From Squalus acanthias (taxonomy: Eukaryota): DNA of 64,000 bases. The stretch is from the NCBI GenBank assembly GCA_030390025.1, contig CM059431.1, positions 149,546,001 to 149,610,000 of the forward strand, written 5' to 3'. Numbering within the stretch: the first letter of the stretch is position 1; every line of letters begins with the position of its first letter. Positions 38,351 through 50,859 of this stretch are shown piece after piece. Below the pieces are notes generated by a model. It saw only the letters and a list, made by a program, of their open reading frames with translations. It was not told the DNA's origin and did no database searches. A program made the position numbers and the translations under genes.

Positions 38351-38534
38351 TCCAATTAGTCCCATTCCCGATTCCTTTTTCCATAGCCCTGCAAATTGTT
38401 ACACTTCAAGTATTTATCCAATTCCCCTTTTAATTAAATTTCTTCCCTGCTGTACGTCTCCCAGGCTTTCTGTCTCTATTTTTATTTCTCTCTGTCTCTC
38501 TCTCTTCCTCTTCTCTCTCTCTGTTTCTTGCTCA

Positions 38535-39110
38535 GAGAATCATCGAATGGCACAGCACAGAAGGAGGATATTCGGCCGATCGTGTCCGTGCCATCTCTTT
38601 TAAAGAGCAGTATTATTAGTCCTACTCTTTAGCCAGAGCACTGTCAAAATTATCCCTTCAACTAATTATCGCATTCCCTTTCGAAAGTTACTATTGAATC
38701 TAGTTCCACCACGTTCTCAGACAGTGCATTCCAGATCACAGCAACTCACTGCATGAAGAAAATTCTCCTCATCTCTCCTCTGGTTCTTTTGCCTATTACC
38801 TTAAAACTGTGTCAGCTGGTTACCCAACATTCTGCCACTGGAAAATAATTCGTCTTATGCACCCTATCAAATCCCATGAAAATTTTGATCATCTATATTA
38901 AATCTCCCCTCATGAAAAAGGACAAAGTTAGATCAGGTGTAAAAGCTTTCAATTGGGGAAAGGCCAATTTTACTAAGCTGAGATTCGATTTAGCAAAAGT
39001 GAACTGGAAAAAGCTACTTGAATGTAAATCAGTGGCAGAGCAATGGGAGTTATTCAAGGAGAAGATAGTGAGGGTTCAGAGCAAATATGTTCCCACAAAG
39101 AAAAAAATAA
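38535..39110. mobile_element. CR1 fragments (3' end on - strand ~38535-38900; ORF2 piece on + strand ~38900-39110)
   Basis: Translation FNWGKANFTKLRFDLAKVNW...QWELFKEKIVRVQSKYVP, preceded by an antisense CR1 3' end. Confidence 0.8.
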
Positions 39111-39112
39111 AG

Positions 39113-39571
39113 GAAATACTTGCATTTGTATAGCGCCTTTCACAAACACCGGATGTCTCAAAACGCTCCACAGCCAATGAACTACTTTCGAACTGGAATC
39201 ACTGTTGTAATGTGGGAAACGCGGCAGCCAATTTGCGCACATCAAGGTCCCAAAAACAGCAATGTGATAATGATCAGATAATCTGTTTTGTTATGTTGAT
39301 TGAGGAGAAATATTGGCCAGGACACCGGTGACAATTCCCCAGCTCTTCTTCGAAATAGTGCCATGGGCATTTTTACGTCCACCTGAGAGAGCAGACAGGG
39401 CCTCAGTTTAACGTCTCATCCGAAAGACGGCGCCTCCGACAGTGCAGCACTCCCTCAGCACTGCACTGGAGTGTCATCCTCGATGTATGTGCTCAGGTCC
39501 CCGCAGTGCGACTTGCACCCAACATTTTCTGACTGAGAGGTGAGTGTGCTACGAATTGAGCCACAGCTGAC
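39113..39571 (-). mobile_element. DeuSINE-type tRNA SINE (SacSINE1-like)
   Basis: The minus strand has a tRNA-like head TGTCAGCTGTGGCTCAATTCG, a Deu-domain-like GCCGTCTTTCGGATGAGACGTTAAACTGAGG and an L2-type tail GAAAGGCGCTATACAAATGCAAG. Family name assigned from recall. Confidence 0.8.
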
Positions 39572-40120
39572 AAAAAAGATGGGTTCTCAAATGTAGAGCC
39601 CACTGGTAGTCAGGGAGCGTACAGTCCATTTGGCACAACCAGTCTCTGTCGCTGGTTATGCTCCACTCGAGCCTCCTCCCGTCTTTCCTCATCTAATTCT
39701 ATCAGCATAATCTTCTATTCCCTTCTCCCTCATATGCTTATCTAACCGCCCCTTAAATGCATCTACACAATTCGCTTCAACCACTCCCTATGGTAGCGAG
39801 TTCCACATTCTCACCACACTCTGGATGAAGTCGTTTATTCTTAATTCATTATTTGATTTCTTGGTGCCTATCTTATATTGATGTCCTCTACTTTTTCTCT
39901 TCCCCAGAAGTGGAAACACTTTCTCTGAATCTACTCTATCAAAACCTTTCATGATTTAAAGACCTCTATTAGGTCACACCTCAGCCTTCGCTTTCAAGAG
40001 AAAAGAGACCCAGCCTTTTCATCCTTTCCTGATAGGTGCACCCTCGCATTTGTGGTATCATCTTTGTAAATATTCTCTTCAACCTCTCCAGTGCCTCTAT
40101 ATCCGTTTTTTTTTTATAAT

Positions 40121-40853
40121 GGGCCGAAAATTGATCCCGGGACGCACTGCGTACTCTCGCGTATTCCCACTCCAATTGCCGGTTTTCTGCATGCCCTGCG
40201 CATGCGCTGAAAACCGGCAATTGCTCTTCTGAAAAGGGGGCGGGTCCTCGGTGCATCGCGTGCGCGCTACAGGCTGCGCGCACGCTGTGCACTTCATGCT
40301 TTGGACACGCAGGTAAGCACGGAAGATTTTGGAAATGTAAAAAGGAGGAGTAAGACCCACTTTTAAGAAGGTAAGTAGTGAATTAAGTATTTTTTTGAAT
40401 TTTTTTTAACAGGAATATCTTTTTTAGAGACTTTAAAGACAGGTAAGTTTATTTTTATAACTTTTTAAAAGATTTTAAACTTTTTCAAAAATTTAATTTT
40501 TTATTCAAAATGGTTAATTTAATTAACTATACTTATTTTATTAATGTGATGGTTTTTTTTTAAATTTAATTGAGGTTTAGCTGTTATTTTGGGGGGGTGT
40601 AAGATTCATAGATTTCAAAGCCGTGCTGTGAAACTTATGAATGGAAGATCGTGTGCTGCCATTGGCTCTAAATGAGTCACGTGATCCCACAACTCGCACG
40701 AATTCACTACGCCGCTGGGATACGCAAGCACTGCCCAGCTGATGTCTGGAACATCAAGTTCGTGCGAGCTGGATCTGAAAAAGCACAAGCGATGTGAGAG
40801 TACGCGGGGAAGCCTTACCCCCGCGGGAACAGAGCGAGATCAATTTCTGGGCC
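40121..40853. mobile_element. Non-autonomous Harbinger-type MITE, copy 1
   Basis: TIRs GGGCCGAAAATTGATC / GATCAATTTCTGGGCC (13/16 match) with a 3-bp AAT duplication on both sides. The CR1 sequence rejoins across the element. Confidence 0.85.
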
Positions 40854-41749
40854 AATATGACGATCAGAATTGCATAGAGTACTTCAAGTGTCGTCTAACC
40901 AAGTTCACACCAAGGTTCAATACAAGTTTAGCATAACTTCACTACTTTTCCATTCTATCCCTCTGGAAATAAACCCTTGTCCTTGGTTTGCGTTTTGTCT
41001 TGCCTTGTTAACGTGTGTCGATAATTGTCAGTGATTTGTGTATTTGTACTCCCAGATCTTTTTGCTCCTCTACCCCATTTTAGATTCTTATTTTCCAAGT
41101 AATATGTGACCTCCCTATTTGTCTTACCAAAAATGTAATACCTCACATTTATCTGTGTTGAATTTCATCTGCTAATTATATGCCCATTCTGCAAGTTTAC
41201 TAATGTCTCCTCGTAATTTGTTGCAGTCCTCCTCAGCATTAGCCATCCCTTCCAATTTGGTGTCGTCCACAAATTTAGAAATTGTGTTTTTAATTCCAAA
41301 GTCTAAATCGTTAATATCAATTGTGAACCACAGTGGTCCCAGCACTGATCATTGTAGAACACCACTACCCAACTTCTGCCACTCTGAATAGCTACCCTTT
41401 ATTCTACGCTCTGCTTTCTGTCTTGAAGCCAGCTAGCTATCCATTCTGCTACTTGTCCCCTGACTCCGCATTCCTTGACGTTATTTCTTAGTCTATCTCG
41501 TACCTTATCGAAGGCCTTTTGAAAATCTAGATAGATTACATCGAATGCATCAGCTTCGTCTACACTTACTGTTACGTCTTGATTCACTTAGGTTGGTCAG
41601 GCATGACTTTCCCTTTTGAAATCCATACCCTATTTGTCATTTCTAAATGTTCTTATATTTTCTCGATTATTTTTCTTACCACCGTTGTTAATCTGACAGG
41701 CCTATAGTTACCTGCACATGTTCTATCTCCCTTATTAGATATAGATATT

Positions 41750-42501
41750 GGCCCAGAAATTCGTCCGAATACGAGAGAGTACGCAATGTGTACTCACCCA
41801 TATTCAGTCCCGAAGTGCCGGTTTGCTGCATGCACTGCGCATGCGCGGGAAACCGGCACTTCCGATATTGCGAAGGCGGCGGTTCCTAAGTGAACCGCGT
41901 GTGCACTACAGGCTGTGCGCACGCAGCATGCTCAGTTTTTTTTTCAGGTTTGAACGCGAAGGTAAGTTTTGAAGATTTTACACATGAAAAAGACCCCCTT
42001 TTAACAAGCTAAGTAGTTAATTAAGTATTATTTTAATTTTTTTCAACAGGTTTATGTTTTTTAGAGACTGTAAAGAAAGGTAAGTTTATTTTTATAACTT
42101 TTAAAAAGAATTTAAATGTTTTCAAATATTTAAATTTTTGTTTAAAGTGGTTAATTTATTTAACTATAGTTATTTTATTAATGTGATGGTTTTTGAAAAA
42201 AAATAATTGAGGTTTAGCTGTTCTTTTGAGGGCAATTTGTATTCATAGCTTTGACAGCTCTTTCTGTCAAAACTATGAGTGAAAGATGGTGTGCTGCAAT
42301 TGGCTCTAACTGGCTCACGTGATCCAGAGGTCGCATCGAACTCACTGCGTCTCTGGGACACGCACACACTGCGCGCCGGCACCAGGGAGAGGCCCAGGAA
42401 CTGAAGTTCGTGTGGGCCAAAACCATAAAGGCAGGCGCGGAGTGTGATATCGCGGGGGATCCTTAACCCCGCGGCCACCATCGAAGTTTATTTTCTGGGC
42501 C
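41750..42501. mobile_element. Non-autonomous Harbinger-type MITE, copy 2
   Basis: TIRs GGCCCAGAAA / TTTCTGGGCC with a 3-bp ATT duplication. The internal sequence is colinear with copy 1. Confidence 0.87.
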
Positions 42502-43809
42502 ATTATGTTAGATATCCGCCCGACCTCTGGCACTACTCCTTTTACTATCGAATTATTAATTATGTTTAGTAATGCCTCTACTATCTCTTCCCTAGATTCT
42601 CTTAAAATGCGTGGATGTGATCCGTCCGCATCAGGGTTTTATCCTATTTCAGTTTGATTAATGTATTTAGTATATCTCTTCATTTTATTTTAAATGCAGT
42701 TAACTCATTACTAATCTCATCATCCGATGTCTTCTCCACCTCTTCTATCTCCCTGGTAAATACTGAAGCAAAGGAATTATTCAATATCTCTGCCAACTCT
42801 ATATTGCTGCCGGTGGTAGATTCCTCTCCATCTCTTAGTGGCACTATTCCCATTCTGAACTTCTTTTTTGTATTGATATGGCTGCAAAATATTTTAATAT
42901 TTTGTTTTATATTCCTTGATAATTTAATTTCATAGTTACTGTATGCCTTCCTAATTGTTTTTTTGACATCTCTTCATATCCCACAATATTCTCCCTTATC
43001 ATACTCTCCCCTGCTGTCCATGTAGTTAATATATGCCGATTTGCTTATGTTCAATTTCTCCCTTACGGCTTTATTCATCCACGGTGTCTCAATAGTGTTT
43101 TGCTTGCTCTTGTTTATCAACAGAATATATTTTCCTGGACTCTCTTGAACACTTGTAAATGTTTTCCATCGTTGTTCTACTTCATTATTTGCCAATGTTG
43201 TCCATTTTCTATCTCAGCCCCTCAGAATCAGCTGTTCTCCAATCTAATACCCTAGTCTTCATCATACCTATGTCAATCTCAATTATTATCTTCAAGTGTC
43301 TTTTATTATGGTCACTATTGCCGAGATGCTCCCTTACTTTTACTTGTATTATCTGATCTGGTTCATTCCCCCTTACTTGATCCAGTAGTGAATCCTCCCT
43401 TGTTGAGCATTTTACATATTGAGTTAGAAAGGAGTCTTGTACACATTGTCGGAACACTATTCTCTTATCCCCTTTACCTGCCTAATTTTTCCAATTATTA
43501 ACTGGGGATTTGAAATCCCCCATGATTATCATTCTAAGTGTCTTTTTTTCTGATTTCCCTAATTTGTCTGCATATTTCTTCCTCCATTTCTCTTCCACTA
43601 TTAGGTGGTCTGTTGACTAACCCTATTGGTGTGATTGATCCTTTATTATCATTCATTTCTATCCACATGAATTCTATTTCTGTCTTGCTGATACCTGCGT
43701 CACTTTTTTCTACTGCCATTATGTTACGCCTAATATGTACAGCTACTCCGCCTCTCCTTTTTGCCTCTGTCTATCTTTTCTAAATGTTTCATATCCTGCA
43801 ATGTTTAAT

Positions 43810-45472
43810 TAGGGCCAATTGGAGAGCAAAAGGTTAACCTGTGTGTGGAGGCGGAAGACATGGCTATGGTCTTATGAATACTTTGTGTCTGTCTTCACAG
43901 AAAAGAGGGTCAATGCTGACATTGTAGTTAAAGAGGAAGAATGTGAAATATTAGATATGATTAGCATAGAGACAGAGAATGTATTAAGAGGTCTTGCATC
44001 TTTGAATGTCGATAAATCGCCTGGCCCGGATGAAATGTATCCCAGGCTGTTAAGAGAAGCAAGAGAAGGTTGTGTCTGAGTAATTTGATTGAATTTTATG
44101 ATGAGGTAACCAGGAGGGTCGATGAGGTTAGTGCATTTGATGTAGTCCACATAGATATCAGCAAGACCTTTGACAAGGTCACACATGACAGTTTGGTCAA
44201 AACAGTAAAAGTGCATGGGATCCAAGGAAAGTGGTAAGTTGGATTCAAAATTGGCTCAGTGTCAGAAAGCAAAGGATTATGGTCGACGGGTGTTTTTGTG
44301 ACTGGAAGACTGTTTCCAGCTGGGTTCTGCAGCGCTCAGTACCAGGTCCCTTGCTTTTTGTTGTATACATCAATGATTTAGACCGCAATTTTGAGGGCAT
44401 GATTAAAATGTTTGCAGACGATACAAAAATTGGCTGTGTGATTGATAGTGAGGAAGAAAGCTGTAAACTGCAGGAATATATCAATTGACTGGTCAGGAGG
44501 GCAGAAAAGGGGCAGATGGAATTCAATCTGGAGAAGTGCGGAAGGCTAACAAGGCAAGCGAATACACAATAAATGGTAGGATACTGAGAAATGTAGAGGA
44601 ACAGAGGGACCTTGAAGTGCATGTCCATGGATCCCAGAGGATAGCAATACAGGTAGTTAAAGTGGGTAAGAAGGTATACAGGATACTCTCCTTTATTAGT
44701 CGAGGCATAGAATATAACAAAAGAGAGGAGATGCTAGAACTGTATAAAACACTAGTTAGGCCACAGCTAGAATACTGCGTACAGTTCTGGTTACATTACA
44801 GGAAGATATATTTCTTAAATCTAAAGGGATCAAGGTCTATGGGAAGAAGGCAGGGACAGGGTACTGAACTTGGATGTACAGCCATGATCTCATTGAATGG
44901 CGGAGCAGGCTCGTGGGGCTGAATGGCCTGGTCCTGCTCCTATCTTCTATGTTTCTATGTAAGATGTGATTGCACTAGAGAGGAAACAGAGAAGATTTAC
45001 TAGGAGGTTGCCAGGACTGGACAATTTTAGATCTGAGGATAGATTGGACAGGCTGGGATTGCTTTCTTTGGAACAGATGATGCTGAAGGAAGATTTAATT
45101 GAGGTGCTTAAAATTATGAGCGGCCTAGACAGTTTGGATAGGAAGCAGCTATTTCCCTCTGCAGAGTGGTCAATAACCAGCGGGCATAGATTTAACCTAA
45201 TTGGTAAAAGGATTCGAGGAGAGTTGAGAATTCGTTTTACCCTGTGGGTGATGGGAGTCTGGAACTCACTGCCCCAAAAGGGTGGTAGAGGCAGAGAACC
45301 TCACCACATTAAAAAGTACTTGGATGTGCACCTGAAGTTGCACAACTTGTAAGGTTACGGACCAAGAGCTGGAAAGTGGATTTAGGCTGGATAGCCCTTT
45401 TGCGACCGGGACAGGCACGATGGGCGGAATTGCCTCCTTCTGTGCCATACAGTTTTATGATTCTATAATTCT
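43810..45472 (+). mobile_element. CR1 LINE fragment, decayed, with a small nested CR1 3' end (~44805-44962)
   Basis: KSPGPDEMYPRLLRE, KMFADDTKIG and LVRPQLEYCVQFW motifs. Confidence 0.9.
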
Positions 45473-45717
45473 ATGTTTCTGAACCTGCTCAGCTCTAAAA
45501 AGAACTCTGCATGCTTGATGTGCATCTGTCGCAACTTGTCCAGCACCTTCCAAAAATTGCATAAGTACACTCCAGGTCTGTCTGTTCGTGCACCCACTTT
45601 AGTTTATAATGCCACTTCTCGTGCTTCCTACCAAAATATATCACTTCACACTTCTCTGTGTTCAATTGTTTCTGCCATGTAACTGCCCATTTCACCATGG
45701 ACCATGGACAAAGGCCG

Positions 45718-46682
45718 GTACAGTGTAATCTTGGCTGCCCTGGGAATGAAAGTCCTGGACTTAGGTGGGAGCAGTATTATCTAGGCGGCCCTGGGAATGA
45801 AATTCCTCGACTGAGGCGGGAGCATTCTCATCTAGATGTTAACTTATGAAGAAAGGTTGAACAGGTTGGGCCTATACCCATAGTAGTTTAGAAGAATGAG
45901 AGGGGATCTTATTGAAACATCTAAGATTCTGAGGGGGCTTGACAGGGTAGATGCAGAGAGGATTTTTCCCCTCGTGGTAGAATCTAGAACTAGGGGGCAT
46001 AATGTCAGTATAAGGGGGCACCATTTTAAATCGGAAATGAGGAGGAATTTCTTCTCTCAGAGGTTCGTGAATCTTTTGAATTCTCTTCACCAGAGAGCCG
46101 TGGAGGCTGGGTTATTGAATATATTTAAGGTGGAAATATACAGAATTTTGAGCGATAAGGGAGTCAACAGTTATGGGGAGCGGACAGGGAAGTGGATTTG
46201 AGGCCAAGATCAGATCAGCCATGATCATAGTTAATGGCGGAGCAGGCTCGAGGGGACAAATGACCTATGCCTGCTCCGATGTCTCATGATCTTATGTTCG
46301 AAACAGTGTAATGTAGGCGCCCTGAGAGTGAAATTCCTGGTCTGAGGCGGGAGCATTCTCATCTAGGCGGCCCAGGGGATTGATTTCCCAGACTGAGGCA
46401 GGAGCAGTTTAATCTAGGCCGCCCTGGGAATTAAGTTCCCGGACTGAGGCAGGAACAGTGTAATCTTGGCCGGCCTGGGAATTAAATTCCTAGACTGCGT
46501 CGCCAGCAGTGAAATCTAGGCGTCCCTCGGAATCAAATTCGAGGACTGAGTCAGCAGCAGTGTAATCTATGCAGCCCTGGGAATAAAATTCCTGGTATAA
46601 TACGGGAGCAGTGTAATCTTGCTGGCCCAGGAAATTAAATTATTGGACTGAGGCGGGCGCAGGTTAATCTTGGCGCCCCTTG
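45718..46682. repeat. 51-bp minisatellite split by a CR1 3' fragment (~45835-46300, + strand)
   Basis: Approximate unit CAGTGTAATCTAGGCGGCCCTGGGAATGAAATTCCTGGACTGAGGCGGGAG at 45721 and 45772, resuming at ~46303. ORF 45896-46201 is CR1. Confidence 0.88.
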
Positions 46683-46859
46683 GAAAAGCCCTCCTCTGCT
46701 CTAAGTAAGGAGCTCCTTCACTGTGTGACCTCACACAATCAGCGCGATGCCTCCAGCACAAAGACCACCAGCCTCTCACAGAAGGGATGTCGTGGGTTCG
46801 AGGATCTCGATGGAAAGTATTCTTGAACAGTGACAGTTAAAAATAATACTTTGGAATAA

Positions 46860-49800
46860 CAACATAAAATGTTGAAAACAATCAGCAGATTCGGCAGCAT
46901 TGTGGCGATAGGAAGAGAGTTACCGTTTGAGGTCTGTGACCCTTCCTCAGAACTGGAAAAAGCTTGATATGTAAAAGATTTTAAGCAAGTGCAGGATCAG
47001 GGAAAGGTGGTGAGGGAAAGAAAGAACAAAAGTGATGGTCTGTGATAATGTGGAAAGGAAGAGTGGTTAGATGTTGCAAATGGGGATGGTAGAAACATCA
47101 ACAGCTGCCGCCTGAAAAAAACAGCGGCCAGATTATGGTCTGAAATTGCGGAACGAAATGTTTAGTCCAGAGGCTGTAAAGTGCCCAATCGATAGATGAG
47201 GTGCTGTTGCTCGAGCTTAAATTGATCTTCATTGGAACACTGTATGAAGCCGAGGACAGAGAGGTCAGAGTGGGAGGGGGAGCAGAGAATTAAAGTGACA
47301 GGAGACCGGAAGCTCGAAGTCACGCGTACCAACTGAACGGCAGTGTTCAGCAACCGATCACCCAATCTGCATTTGTTTTCCCCAGTTTAGACTAAACAGC
47401 AACGTGACAGCGAATACTGTATACTGAATTGCAAGAAGTACAAGTAAATCGCTGTTTGGACTGGAGGTAGATAAACAATGGCAAGCATTTAAAGATAGAA
47501 TGACAAAATTGCAAAAATTGTTTATACCAATCTGGCATAAAAGGAAATCTAAAAAGGTGACTCAACCGTGGATAACAGGGGAAATTAGAGACAGCATAAA
47601 ATCCAAAGATAGGGCGTATAAAATAGCCAAAAAAAGCGCCAGAGCGGAAGATTGGGAACAGTTTAAGATAGAGCAAAGGAGGACAAAGGGCTTAATCAAG
47701 AGGGGCAAAATAGCTTACGAAAGCAAGCTGGCGGAAAATATAAAAACTAACTCCAAAAGCTTTTATAAGTATATCAAGAGGAAAAGACTGGTGAAAACCA
47801 AAGTTGGCCCATTGCAGTCAGATACGGGGGAATATATAACGGGAAATAAGGAAATGGCAGACCAACTAAATGCATACTTTGGGTCAGTCTTTACGAAGGA
47901 AGACACAAAAAACCTCCCTGGGATATCAGGAAAAATAGGGACATTTGCAAAGGAGGAACTGACGCAAGTCAATATCTCTAAGGATATGGTGTTAAGGAAG
48001 CTAAAGGGATTGAAGGCGGACAAATCCCCAGGGCCTGATAACATGCATCCTAGGGTGCTGAAGGAGGTGGCCCTAGAGATAGCGGATGCACTAAGTATGA
48101 TTTTTCAGAATTCATTAGACTCGGGAACAGTGCCCATGGATTGGAGGGTAGCTAACGTTACCCCACTATTCAAAAAGGGGGGTAGGGAAAAAGCAGGTAA
48201 TTACAGACCTGTAAGCCTTACATCAGTTGTGGGCAAAATGCTGGAGTCCATCATTAAGGATGAAATAGCGGAGCACTTAGCAAATGGGGACAGGATAGGA
48301 CAGAGTCAACATGGATTTACAAAGGGTAAATCGTGCTTGACTAATCTATTGGAATTTTTTGAGGGAGTAACTGGTAAAATAGATGGGGGAGAGCCAGTAG
48401 ATGTGGTGTACCTGGACTTCCAAAAGGCCTTCGACAGGGTCCCATTTAAAAGATTAGCATGGAAAATTGAAGCTCATGGGATAAAGGGGAAAGTATTGAC
48501 GTGGATAGAGAACTGGCTGTCAGATAGAAAACAGAGAGTTGGAATAAACGGCTCATTTTCTGAATGGCAGGCAGTAACAAGTGGGGTACCACAGGGATCT
48601 GTCCTGGGTCCCCAGCTGTTCACAATTTACATTAATGACCTGGATCAGGGAGTCGGATGCAGCATTTCCAAATTTGCAGACGACACTAAACTAGGAGGGG
48701 GGGTGGGCTCAGAGGAGGAGACCAGGAAGCTCCAGAGCGATTTGGACAGACTGGGTGATTGGGCGGATAAATGGCAGATGCACTATAATGTGGACAAGTG
48801 CGAAGTTATCCACCTTGGGTGCAGGAACGGGAGGGCAAATTATTATTTAAATGGCAATAAATTGGGAGAGGGGGAAGTACAGAGAGACCTGGGTGTTCTT
48901 GTACACCAGTCACTGAAGGCGAGCATGCAGGTGCAACAGGCGATCAAGAAGGCAAACGGTATGCTGGCCTTCATAGCAAAAGGGTTGGAATACAGGAACA
49001 GGGATACCTTGCTGCAGCTGTACAGGGCACTGGTGAGACCACACCTCGAGTACTGTGTACAGTTTTGGTCGCCTCATCTGAGGAAAGATGTTCTTGCCAT
49101 GGAGGGGGTGCAGCGGCGATTCACCAGGCTGATACCAGGAATGGCGGGATTGACCTATGAGGAGAGACTATATAGTTTAGGGATGTACACACTGGAGTTT
49201 AGAAGATTGAGAGGGGACCTCATAGAAGTGTATAAAATTCTGACAGGTCTAGACAGACTAGATGCAGAAGGAATGTTTCCCTTGGCGGGTGAGAACAGAA
49301 CTAGAGGACATAATTTAAGGATAAGGGCTAAACCATTTAGGACAGAAATGAGGGGGAATTTCTTCACTCAGAGGGTGGTGAACCTGTGGAACTCATTGCC
49401 ACAGAGGGCAGTGTACGCCAGCTCATTAAATATATTTAAGAGGGAATTAGATATATTTCTACAGGCAAAAGGGGTTAAGGGTTACGGAGAGAAGGCGGGG
49501 ACGGGATACTGAATTGGAGGATCAGCCATGATCTCATTAAATGGCGGAGCAGGCTCGAAGGGCCGGATGGCCTACTCCTGCTCCTATCTTCTATGTATCT
49601 ATGTATCTATGTATCTGGGAGGAGTACTTGTGGCTCTGGACAGTGGGAAGGGAGGAGGTAAAAGGGCAGGCGTCGCATCCTCTGCGCTTGCACGGGAAGG
49701 TGCCAAGGGGAGGGGAGAGTCTGTTGGGGGTGATTGAGGAGTAGACTAGGGTGATGTGGAGGGTTCGGTTCCTTCGGAATGCTGAAAGGAGAGGGGAGGA
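46860..49800 (-). mobile_element. Penelope-like element 3' part (GIY-YIG and terminal repeat), split by the young CR1
   Basis: Translation GTFPCKRRGCDACPFTSSLPTVQ (49620-49715), then KQRFTCTSCNSVYSIRC and SDLSVLGFIQCSNEDQFKLEQQHLIYRLGTLQP. A degenerate hammerhead motif lies at ~46915-46955. Confidence 0.85.
47460..49615 (+). mobile_element. Young 5'-truncated CR1 with an uninterrupted 670-aa ORF2 (RT, 47500-49512)
   Basis: All RT motifs are intact (KSPGPD, NYRPVSLTS, QHGF, LDFQKAFD, GVPQGSVLGP, FADD), followed by a 3' UTR and a (CTATGTAT)3 tail. No endonuclease domain. Confidence 0.97.
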
Positions 49801-50060
49801 TATACAAAACATTTTCTATCCCCTTCTCGCTGCTGTTAGTGTTCCTATTAAGCAATATGTCCAGTTATTAATTCTGCAATATTATTCTTCCTATTTACCG
49901 TGGCATACTCAGTTATTAATGGTATTATGAGTTTCAAGTAGTTGCATCTTTGTTAATGCAAGAGTTCTTGTTTAAAATGTCTGGCACATCCTCGCTGCTG
50001 CTGGTGTTCCTGGTAAGTCTCTGTATCCAGCTATTAATTCTATAAATCATGTTTTACTGT
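49800..50060 (+). pseudogene. Two degenerate copies of the GPCR exon-1 3' end
   Basis: IQNIFYPLLAAVSVP has a dead donor (CCT ATTAAG). HILAAAGVP is followed by G|GTAAGTCTCTGTATCCAGCTATTAATTCTATAAA, almost identical to 37595-37629, but has an in-frame TAA at 49973. Confidence 0.75.
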
Positions 50061-50175
50061 ATTTCTCTCCTTTTCATTCCCCATCCCATCTGGACTGCTG
50101 CCGGCTGTTGATTATAAATGACAAATGCGAGAAGTCGCACAAAACCAGGTGATAGTCCAACAGTTTTATTTGAAA

Positions 50176-50212
50176 TCACAAGCTTTCGGAGCGCTGCTCC
50201 TTCGTCAGGTGA
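50176..50212 (-). ncRNA. Minimal type I hammerhead ribozyme motif
   Basis: Minus strand reads UCAC-CUGACGA-A-GGAGC-AGC-GCUCC-GAAA-GCUU-GUGA. Confidence 0.8.
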
Positions 50213-50566
50213 AGTGAAGGGATGTATATAGGCGCAGCATATATAGTCAGAGAACACTGCCAGGTGATTACAGTTAATCTTTCTAACTCACCTTTATCAC
50301 ACCTCGGCAGAGAGATAATCACGGCAAAAGTTTTTTGTTTTCCATACAGACAACAGCATCTGCCACATTTGACCCCTTGTGACCCCCACCTCATTGTCTT
50401 TGATGCAATGTTTTCCTGACTCACCTGCTTGGACACCATCCATTCCTTTGATTGCCGTGATTATCTCTCTGCCGAGGTGTGATAAAGGGCAGTGAGAAAG
50501 ATGAACTGTAATCATCTGGCTGTGTTCTCTGACTATACATGTTGTGCCTATATAGATCTCTTCACT

Positions 50567-50603
50567 TCACCTGACGAAGGAGCAGCACTCCGAAAGCTTG
50601 TGA
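50567..50603 (+). ncRNA. Minimal type I hammerhead ribozyme motif
   Basis: Plus strand reads UCAC-CUGACGA-A-GGAG-CAGCA-CUCC-GAAA-GCUU-GUGA. Confidence 0.8.
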
Positions 50604-50859
50604 TTTCAAATAAATCTGTTGGACTATAACCTGGTGTTGTGCGACTTCTCGCATTTGTCCACCCCAGTCCAACACCGGCATCTCCACATCATGGATTCTA
50701 AAGGAGTTACATTTTTCTCAAGCTTCATTTTTTCTATATTTATCTCAAGAAAATATATTGTACGACACTCTTTGCTTAAAGAATTCCGTTCTGCTATCTA
50801 CACTGAACATTTGTAACAGATCAGAAGAATGTTGTCTTGGTTGAGGAGAATTTTCACCT

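Larger units (their letters stand above)
39620..43805 (-). mobile_element. Long decayed CR1 (APE endonuclease through 3' end) interrupted by two MITEs
   Basis: Endonuclease motifs GLVNRPPNS, FLTQYVKCSTRE and HLGNSDHN; RT motif YLDFQKAFDKV; C-terminal LERLKRIFTKMIP. Confidence 0.9.
50120..50692. mobile_element. Palindromic non-autonomous Penelope-derived element (arms 50120-50327 and 50452-50659)
   Basis: Inverted arms of ~208 bp (GACAAATGCGAGAAGTCGCAC...GTGCGACTTCTCGCATTTGTC) around a ~124-bp spacer; each arm carries a hammerhead core. Confidence 0.85.

Noticed and set aside
47500..49512. 670-aa RT ORF as an autonomous element or novel host gene
   Set aside because: It lacks ORF1 and the APE endonuclease and has a standard CR1 3' tail, so it is best read as a 5'-truncated copy.
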